Below, piece by piece: positions 18,315 to 25,881 of a DNA stretch of 64,000 nucleotides. Position 1 is the stretch's first letter. Every line of letters starts with the position of its first letter. This DNA comes from a virus. Under the pieces are notes generated by a model, which had not been told where the DNA came from, ran no database searches, and was given only the letters and a program-made list of their open reading frames with translations. The stretch spans positions 96,001-160,000 of the IMG/VR virus record IMGVR_UViG_3300019850_000189, one strand, 5' to 3'. A program made the position numbers and the translations under genes.

Positions 18315-18518
18315 ACTCTTAAAGGGGGAATTAATTCAATGCATGATTATAATGAGAGGAAAGCTAAAGTTCTGGCCAAGCTTATTGTCAAATGGCGAAA
18401 AGAGGGCAAAGTTGAATTAGCTGAATTTCTCAGAGAAAGATTAGAAAAAAGAGGCGATTTGTCTTACGAAGAAATAGATGCTTTTGGCAAGTAAATGTCT
18501 GAACAGGTTAACAGCCCC

Positions 18519-18565
18519 GGCAAGAGTGTTTACCGTGAGAAGCTTTCCAAACTCTTGCCTCTTTT
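18519..18565 (+). terminator. putative terminator-like hairpin
   Basis: GGCAAGAGT/ACTCTTGCC 9-bp stem, large loop, followed by TCTTTT. Confidence 0.4.
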
Positions 18566-18593
18566 ATTTGTCCTTGAAACATATATAGGTTAA

Positions 18594-19490
18594 ATGGATC
18601 ATTTATTGACTAATATTAAGATGCGCAACAGAACGATTGTAGATTTGCTGGCTACCAAATATCAAAACGCATCTGATATTAAAAACAGAAATATCCAGCT
18701 CTTTGTTGATTCAATCTCCAGATCAGTTTACTACCAGATCAAAGGTTTAGTGGCAAATACTAAATTTATACTTAAAGATGCCAACTTTTTTTGGGACCAA
18801 ATACTTGAGGTTAAAAAACCATCTCATTATATACTTGATCATTATAACAATTATTGGACGGAGAACGATTGTATTTTTTTCGACAAAATGTATAACCTTA
18901 TAGATACAAAGATCGGAAATGAGTATATACGCGCGTTTCTCTTTTCTGCTTTAATTGAGCTTATGATAAATCAGTCAATTTATGGTAGATTTAATATTTC
19001 CACTGAAGGATATATGTCAGAGAAAGAATCGTTAACAAAAGATAAATTTTTATTTATCATTGAAGACTTAAAGAATAAGATAAAAAGTGGCGGGAATGTG
19101 ACAGTAGTCAATATGCCAATAGAAAAATTCATAAAAAGTATAAGCAATGCCGGAATTATTTATTTTGAAACCCCAACTAGAAATGTCTTCTATGACTACC
19201 ACCCAATATATGATGTTTTCGAAAATTACAACAAGGGCACATTTATTGATAAAAAGTTACACATTTCACAGGAAATAAAAAATAAAGCTGATCATTATAT
19301 ATATCGCGGTGACAAGTTTATTAAAAGATGGTCCAATTTGTTATATTATGTTATGGATGTTGATTTTGAATATCTGATCTTCGGCCTGAATAACAAAATG
19401 GATATAGAGAAAGAGTGGCTTCATGAAAAACTTGCCAAGTATGGCAGAGCAGAATATATAAAACCTAATTATGTAATGTTAAATAAATAA
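18594..19490 (+). CDS. hypothetical protein, possibly a degenerate adenine DNA methyltransferase fold
   Basis: V...N...F...GIIYFETP resembles the motif IV region (LDPPY) but the catalytic residues differ. Confidence 0.35.
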   Translation: MDHLLTNIKMRNRTIVDLLATKYQNASDIKNRNIQLFVDSISRSVYYQIKGLVANTKFILKDANFFWDQILEVKKPSHYILDHYNNYWTENDCIFFDKMYNLIDTKIGNEYIRAFLFSALIELMINQSIYGRFNISTEGYMSEKESLTKDKFLFIIEDLKNKIKSGGNVTVVNMPIEKFIKSISNAGIIYFETPTRNVFYDYHPIYDVFENYNKGTFIDKKLHISQEIKNKADHYIYRGDKFIKRWSNLLYYVMDVDFEYLIFGLNNKMDIEKEWLHEKLAKYGRAEYIKPNYVMLNK

Positions 19491-19530
19491 CATTTCCTCA
19501 AAGTGTCTGAGAATATAAGGCGATGAATAT

Positions 19531-20601
19531 ATGAAATTTCCATCCAACGTCATCGAAGCTTTTCTTTATGACCATTTTAATAAGTATATCGTAAAGAATG
19601 GCCCTAATGGACGAGAACTTTGCTTTAATGGACCATTTGAACCCGATACACGATTTAGAATGTCTGTGAATGTCCCGCTTAACCTTGCCCATGATTTTAA
19701 TACTGGATATTCGAATAATTTTATCGGCTTTGTAGGAGATTTGTTAGATATGTCTCCAGAACAAGCACAACGTCATATTATCAAGACTTATTTTGAATAT
19801 TTGTCGTTCAAGGAAATTATTAAGCCATACAGACTACCGATAAAAGTGATAGAGCTGGCAGAAATAAATGAACCTCCAGGCTTATCTAAAATCACAAATA
19901 AAACCGAATTGGGCATAATGACAATTCAATTTCTCTATAGAAAGAATATCGCTCCAGAACTGATTAAACAAGCCGGCCTCAAGTATTTCTCAAGTGGATA
20001 TTACAAAGCCAGATTATATATACCATTCTATATGAACGGCAAACTTGTGTTTTTTCAGGCGCGCGATATACTGGGAACGAAATTATTCTTTAAAGTACAT
20101 AAACGCAAAAAAAAGTATCAAAAGTATCTTAATCCAAAGGGTATTCAAAAGAGCCAAATAATATACAACTACGATTATATTAAAAAGGGAAAAGATGTTG
20201 TTGTTGTCGAAGGTCCCTTTGATGCAATGACAGTAAATAATGGTATTGCTATGCTTGGTCATACTATTTCAAAAGCCCAAGCAAGAAAGATTATTGATAA
20301 ACAACCCAAAAAGATTATATTTATACCGGACAATGATAAAGCAGGACAGGATACTCTCGAAAGAAATATCAAAACAGTTCGTGAATTGGCGCCAGATTTG
20401 GAAGTCGGTTATTATGAGTTAGATAAAAAATATAAAGATGCTAATGAAGCTGGATTAAAAGAAATAAATAGTGAAGAAATCAAGAAAGATGCCAGGTTGG
20501 AAAGAATAAAGTCGAATCTAAAAAACACCTCAATAAAAAGCTTTGCAATGGCTAGCAATCCAGATTTTGAAACAATTAAGAAGAGAATCCAAAAAGTATG
20601 A
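19531..20601 (+). CDS. DNA primase (TOPRIM; DnaG / T4 gp61-like)
   Basis: RLYIPFY..GKLVFFQAR, VVEGPFDA, IPDNDKAG, YKDANE. Confidence 0.9.
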   Translation: MKFPSNVIEAFLYDHFNKYIVKNGPNGRELCFNGPFEPDTRFRMSVNVPLNLAHDFNTGYSNNFIGFVGDLLDMSPEQAQRHIIKTYFEYLSFKEIIKPYRLPIKVIELAEINEPPGLSKITNKTELGIMTIQFLYRKNIAPELIKQAGLKYFSSGYYKARLYIPFYMNGKLVFFQARDILGTKLFFKVHKRKKKYQKYLNPKGIQKSQIIYNYDYIKKGKDVVVVEGPFDAMTVNNGIAMLGHTISKAQARKIIDKQPKKIIFIPDNDKAGQDTLERNIKTVRELAPDLEVGYYELDKKYKDANEAGLKEINSEEIKKDARLERIKSNLKNTSIKSFAMASNPDFETIKKRIQKV

Positions 20602-20731
20602 AGACATAAAATGACTAGTTTTCTAAGTGATCCGGATGAATAAAATAGCTGTTTTCATTATACAAACCTTCAGTCTTTGTTGGGGGCTGCAGATAACATA
20701 AGAAAAAACAATAAATACTAAAATAAAAAGC

Positions 20732-20760
20732 TTTACTTTTTTTAAAAACTATGTTATAAT
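20732..20760 (+). promoter_or_regulatory. sigma70-type promoter
   Basis: TTTACT-17 nt-TATAAT, then AGGAG RBS. Confidence 0.75.
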
Positions 20761-20782
20761 ATAATAAAGGAGAGAATAAAGC

Positions 20783-21112
20783 GTGCATAATATGCTGAGT
20801 GCATATGATATAATATATGATGCGGAGTATAAAGAGTATTGGTGTATTGTTGGTTTTGGTACTCTAAAACACCATAGGCCCACAGATGATGAAGATTTAC
20901 ATTATCCTGAGACTGTGGTAACCACTTTACATTATTTGTGCACAAATGGACGGGCCCGGATCCGGACGGCACCGGAAGACTTTGTGTATATACGTGCTAT
21001 GACATGGGTTAACGATAATATGACTTCGGGGAGATTGAAACTCGCTTCTAATAGCGAGGCTAAGAAGGTGTTGGCGAAGATATTGTTAAAGGAGGCACTC
21101 CCGATTGTCTAA
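20783..21112 (+). CDS. hypothetical protein
   Basis: Promoter and RBS upstream. Confidence 0.65.
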   Translation: MHNMLSAYDIIYDAEYKEYWCIVGFGTLKHHRPTDDEDLHYPETVVTTLHYLCTNGRARIRTAPEDFVYIRAMTWVNDNMTSGRLKLASNSEAKKVLAKILLKEALPIV

Positions 21113-21462
21113 GAAGAAAAGGCAAGCGAATTTTAATACATATAAACCCTTTTATGATTATTTTAAGGATAAAGAAAGTACTATAATTAAGTCATTTGAG
21201 GGAGAAAAAGTTGAGGAGACCAAAAATAGGGGACATGCTAATAAGCAAGAGCGCGTTCGAAATAGACCTGGTAATAGAGGCAAAACGGAACCACGTTCTG
21301 ATACAAAGACCCGGCATGAGGATAAAAATCCTGAAAAGCGCGTATGAGAATTTGCTCAATAGAAAACTCTTTAAAATAACAAGCAAGGGAGAAAAGATAA
21401 AACTTTTTTTACAGCTTGGCCAAATTAAAAAAAATGATTAAAAATTATTTACTGGAGATAAT

Positions 21463-21957
21463 ATGAATATTAATAAGAAAGCTATGGATATGCTTTACAA
21501 GCAACGGCAGGATCCTGAGAAAATGCAAAAACTTCTTGAGAATTTCTATGAAATGGGTAGCCAGATAGCGCATCATTTCGATATTCCTTATTCGATGCGC
21601 GCCGACTATATCCAAAGCGCAGTCATTTTATCCTGGAGAAAATTGGATAAATTTGATCCTATAAAGAATAAGCACGCGTTTTCTTATTTCTATCAAGTTA
21701 TCCGGCGAGATTTTATGGACAACATGCGCAAGGCTAAAAAGCGTAGCTCTATAGCCAAAATGATTAGCTCTGATGATTCGAGGAATGACTGGTTAAAAAA
21801 TATGAAATATTTTGATCATCAATATGAAGTTGTGGAACACGATTTTAATAAACAGATATTAACAGGTCTTAAAAAAATAATGTGGACAGAACTCGACAAA
21901 ACGTCCTCCGATAAAAAAACTTCCGATAATAAAACATCTGTTGTATCATCTCCATAA
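21463..21957 (+). CDS. phage sigma factor (T4 gp55-like, sigma region 2 only)
   Basis: DYIQSAVILSWRKLDKFDP...AFSYFYQVIRRDF; no region 4 HTH evident. Confidence 0.7.
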   Translation: MNINKKAMDMLYKQRQDPEKMQKLLENFYEMGSQIAHHFDIPYSMRADYIQSAVILSWRKLDKFDPIKNKHAFSYFYQVIRRDFMDNMRKAKKRSSIAKMISSDDSRNDWLKNMKYFDHQYEVVEHDFNKQILTGLKKIMWTELDKTSSDKKTSDNKTSVVSSP

Positions 21958-22231
21958 TATCATTCCGGAAATGGTATTTGTGGAAGTTACTGCTGCTAAT
22001 TTTCCTTCGTAAAACCAGGGAATATTTCCGTTCTTGGCACTCTGTGATTATAGCCGAGCGAAACAACTTATCGCAACGCTTAAAAACAGTAATGCCAAAA
22101 AAAATATTTTTTTATATGGGCCTCCTGTTTCTGAAACATATATATAGGAAAACTATTGTTATGCATATGAATGAAAACCTAGAGAGAAAGTTGTTTGATC
22201 GGTTTGATTTTTTACATCAGAAAGAGGTATA

Positions 22232-23461
22232 ATGGATAAATTTATTAATTTGCATGTTCACACAGATTCCAGCACGTTGGATGGATTTGGCACAAAAGAA
22301 GCGCGATTTAAATATGTTATCGAGGTCTTGGACCAATCCGCGCTGGCTATTACAGACCATGGAACGATGTCTGGTATATACGACTTCTGGAATATAGCGC
22401 AACAATATAATGTGAAGCCACTATTGGGAGTAGAAATATATTTTGTAAATAATCTCAAAAAACGCGAGAAGAAAGAAAAAAGATATCATCTTGTATTACT
22501 GGCTAAAAATTTAAAAGGCTACAAAAATATAATGCAAATTCAATATATAGCACATAAGTATGGTTTCTATAAAAAGCCAAGGGTGGATCGTGATGTACTA
22601 AAAAATTATTCTGACAATGTCATATGCCTATCGGCATGTGCTGCCAATGATATTAGTGTGGCGCTTGCAGATAATGATATAGCCCTCGCGAAACGGCGAA
22701 TAGATTGGTATAAGGAAACATATGGTGATGACTTCTACTTAGAGTTCCAGCCATATCAATCAGAAAAGTTAAGGCGGATAGATATAAAGCTTTATAAACT
22801 ATGGAAAAAGATACATCATATTAAAGCTGTCATAACCTCTGATGCTCATTATATACAGAAAGAGCAGAGCGAGGATCATGCTAAATTGCTATTAATTAAT
22901 ACAAGGGGAAAAGTTAATGACAATGGCTCTAATAAGTTTAGTTTTAACGAACATAATCTATATTTGCATTCCAGAAATGAGATTATAAATGAGGGATTCC
23001 AAACAGGATACGACAAAAATGATATTGAACAATGGTGTGATACTACAATTGAGGTTGCTGATAAAATTGAAGCTTATGATATAAGACAACAGAATTATAT
23101 AGTTCCGCCAATTCCTGAATTTATGGGTGCCGATCTAAATAAAATATTACGCAAGAAATGCCTTGAGGGATTGAAACAGAAAAAACTATTCGATGATATC
23201 TATATGAAAAGATTGGCTTATGAACTTAAAATAATATATAATGCCGGTTTTTCTTCTTACTTTCTAGTAGTAGCGGACATAGTTAATTGGGCCAAAAGGG
23301 AAGGTATTTATGTGGGCCCTTCCCGCGGATCCGCTGGCGCCTCGCTTACTGCTTATGCTCTGGGGATTACAGCTGTGGATCCTATTAAGCATGATTTACA
23401 ATTTGAGCGCTTCCTCAATCCGGAGCGCCTGGGTGGCAAAGTACTTAAATTTATTGAATAG
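22232..23461 (+). CDS. dnaE: DNA polymerase III alpha, N-terminal part (PHP domain + start of palm)
   Basis: LHVHTDSSTLDG, TDHG, SDAH, GPSRGSAG, FERFLNPER. Confidence 0.93.
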   Translation: MDKFINLHVHTDSSTLDGFGTKEARFKYVIEVLDQSALAITDHGTMSGIYDFWNIAQQYNVKPLLGVEIYFVNNLKKREKKEKRYHLVLLAKNLKGYKNIMQIQYIAHKYGFYKKPRVDRDVLKNYSDNVICLSACAANDISVALADNDIALAKRRIDWYKETYGDDFYLEFQPYQSEKLRRIDIKLYKLWKKIHHIKAVITSDAHYIQKEQSEDHAKLLLINTRGKVNDNGSNKFSFNEHNLYLHSRNEIINEGFQTGYDKNDIEQWCDTTIEVADKIEAYDIRQQNYIVPPIPEFMGADLNKILRKKCLEGLKQKKLFDDIYMKRLAYELKIIYNAGFSSYFLVVADIVNWAKREGIYVGPSRGSAGASLTAYALGITAVDPIKHDLQFERFLNPERLGGKVLKFIE

Positions 23462-23487
23462 TACAACTTTAAGAAGGAGTGATTATC

Positions 23488-23991
23488 ATGAGACCATCTT
23501 GGACCGAGCTATTTTTAAATATAACGCGTCTTGTTGCGCAGCGAAGCACATGTGCGCGCCTGAAGGTGGGCGCCGTCCTGGTAAAAGATAATCGTATCAT
23601 TTCTATGGGATACAATGGTGTTCCGCAAGGGCTTGAACACTGCGAAGATCACTTCAGGAAAATATACAATAACAAGGTTAGAATTCAAGACATGTCATGG
23701 GAAGAATATATAGCATCGCCCTTTTTTATGCAGGAACATCACGAATTTTCTACTCATAATGAAATACATGCGGAAACAAATGCGCTAATGTTTGCAGCGT
23801 ATAATGGTGTTAGTACAAGAGGAGCCGATATTTACGTATCATATACGCCGTGCATCCATTGTTCAAAACAAATTCTGCAAGCTGGTATCAACCATGTTTA
23901 TTATGATAAGCCGTATGATCGCGATATGACTGCGATAAAATTTCTTGAAGAGAACGATATAGCGTGCCAGCAAATTGGGGATGACAGTTGA
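23488..23991 (+). CDS. dCMP deaminase
   Basis: RSTC..LKVGAV, GYNG, HAETN, PCIHC. Confidence 0.93.
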   Translation: MRPSWTELFLNITRLVAQRSTCARLKVGAVLVKDNRIISMGYNGVPQGLEHCEDHFRKIYNNKVRIQDMSWEEYIASPFFMQEHHEFSTHNEIHAETNALMFAAYNGVSTRGADIYVSYTPCIHCSKQILQAGINHVYYDKPYDRDMTAIKFLEENDIACQQIGDDS

Positions 23992-25868
23992 TTATTGACA
24001 AAAACCGATTTAAAACAATTATGGATATTCTGCAAGGCTGGTATTGGGAAATTGACGAAAATAACGTTTATGTTTATTCCGCCGGCAAATGCAAAGAATT
24101 ATTGGGAGTTGAGCCAGAATATGTCTTGGGAAAAACTATATTTGATTTTATGGATGATGAAGAGGCGATAAGAATAGAAAAAGTTCTCAAACAATTCCGA
24201 GACGAGAGAAAAGATTTTACATCATTAGAACACGAGCTCATTAACAAAAATGGTTCCGTGATTACAGTTGAGAGCTGGTGCGCACCCATTTTTAATGATA
24301 AAGGTAAATTCGATGGATATTCTGGAATTGATTATAATATTACAGAACGTAAAAAGTGGGAAGAGGGCTTTCGCGAGCGTGAGAGAAAATTAAGTGTAAT
24401 AATTGCCAGTATAAGCGATGCAGTTATTGCGGTTGATTCGAAAGGGAATATCATTTTATTGAATCAGCGCGCTGAAGACATTTTAGGATGGCAACAGGCA
24501 GATGTTGTTGGCAAGAATCATGATGCTATAATTAATTTATTTGATTGCAATAACGATATTATGAACAGTCCATTGAAACAGGTTTTAGAAACGGCCAAAA
24601 TGGTCACGATAAAAGATAATACCACTTTAATTGCTAAAAATGGTAAAAATATAATGGTGGGCGCTGTTGCATCTCCTGTAAAATTGGATGGCAATATTAT
24701 TGGCGCCGTTATGATTTTTCGTGATGTTAGTATGCAAAAGATGGTAGAAATAGAACTATCTAAAACACAGAAACTCGATGCCGTTGGGGTCCTGGCTGGC
24801 GGCATGGCTCATGATTTCAATAATATATTAACAGCGATAAGTGGCCATATGGAAATTGCCAGGATGTTATCTCATGAGGATAAAGTTGTTGAACATCTCA
24901 GAGAAGCGCTTGGAGCCTGCAAGAGGGCAAAAAGCGTTACGCAACAATTACTCACATTTTCAAAAGGCGGTATGCCACTTCCCAAGCCTACTTCAGTTTC
25001 CAGCGTTATTAAAGATACAGCAAAATTTATTTTAACTGGTACAAATGTCGCAATTGAATATAATATAGATGAAAATATATCTGCTATTGATGTTGATGCC
25101 GAACAAATTTCGGAAGTGATACAAAATATAATAATAAATGCAATTCAGGCAATGCCAGATGGTGGGGTAATGCAACTAAGTGCACAGAATATTTATACTC
25201 CATTCAGAAATCTATGTGATAACTATGTGTCACCAGGTAAGTATGTTAAAATATCAATATCTGATACAGGTAGAGGAATTCCTAAAGAGCATCTATCCAA
25301 GATTTTCGATCCTTACTTTACCACCAAAAGCACCGGGAATGGTCTTGGCCTGTCAGTCGCATATTCTATTATTAAGAAGCATGGGGGATGTATATACGCC
25401 GATTCGAAAATTGGCCACGGCTCTATTTTCAATATATATCTTCCATCAACTGATAAAAAGGCAGAAATAGTAAGCGTCAAGAAGCCTATTAGAGGTACCG
25501 GCCGAATACTGTTTCTGGATGATGAATATTCCGTGAGAGAAACGGGCAAGGTATTGATTGAAAGTTTGGGATACACTGTAGATGTCGTTCGGAATGGTAG
25601 ATTGGCTGTTGAGCACTATAAAAAAGCACTTGAAGATGGGCAACCATTCAGAGCTATTATTGCGGATCTTACAATTCCAGGTGGTATGGGCGGCGTTGAA
25701 GCTATAAAAGAAATCAAGAAAGTAGATCAAAATGTAAAAGCTATCGTTTCAAGTGGCTATTCTACCTCTAATGTCATGAGCGAATACAGGAGCTACGGAT
25801 TTTCGGGGGCTCTCAGAAAGCCATATGATCTCGCAGAACTATCCAAAGCACTTCACGATGTGACATAA
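23988..25868 (+). CDS. PAS-PAS hybrid sensor histidine kinase with C-terminal receiver
   Basis: Two PAS/PAC domains; H-box AHDFNN; N, G1, F, G2 boxes; REC ILFLDDE, IADL, SSGY, KPY; no TM segment. Confidence 0.95.
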   Translation: MIIDKNRFKTIMDILQGWYWEIDENNVYVYSAGKCKELLGVEPEYVLGKTIFDFMDDEEAIRIEKVLKQFRDERKDFTSLEHELINKNGSVITVESWCAPIFNDKGKFDGYSGIDYNITERKKWEEGFRERERKLSVIIASISDAVIAVDSKGNIILLNQRAEDILGWQQADVVGKNHDAIINLFDCNNDIMNSPLKQVLETAKMVTIKDNTTLIAKNGKNIMVGAVASPVKLDGNIIGAVMIFRDVSMQKMVEIELSKTQKLDAVGVLAGGMAHDFNNILTAISGHMEIARMLSHEDKVVEHLREALGACKRAKSVTQQLLTFSKGGMPLPKPTSVSSVIKDTAKFILTGTNVAIEYNIDENISAIDVDAEQISEVIQNIIINAIQAMPDGGVMQLSAQNIYTPFRNLCDNYVSPGKYVKISISDTGRGIPKEHLSKIFDPYFTTKSTGNGLGLSVAYSIIKKHGGCIYADSKIGHGSIFNIYLPSTDKKAEIVSVKKPIRGTGRILFLDDEYSVRETGKVLIESLGYTVDVVRNGRLAVEHYKKALEDGQPFRAIIADLTIPGGMGGVEAIKEIKKVDQNVKAIVSSGYSTSNVMSEYRSYGFSGALRKPYDLAELSKALHDVT

Positions 25869-25881
25869 CATATATATTAAT

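Noticed and set aside
21975-22127. Antisense remnant of a signal-peptide gene (CAGGAGG RBS, KKIFFLALLFLSVAISCFA)
   Set aside because: No start codon and an early TAA. AT-rich antisense sequence readily yields such hydrophobic runs, so it cannot be supported without a homologue.
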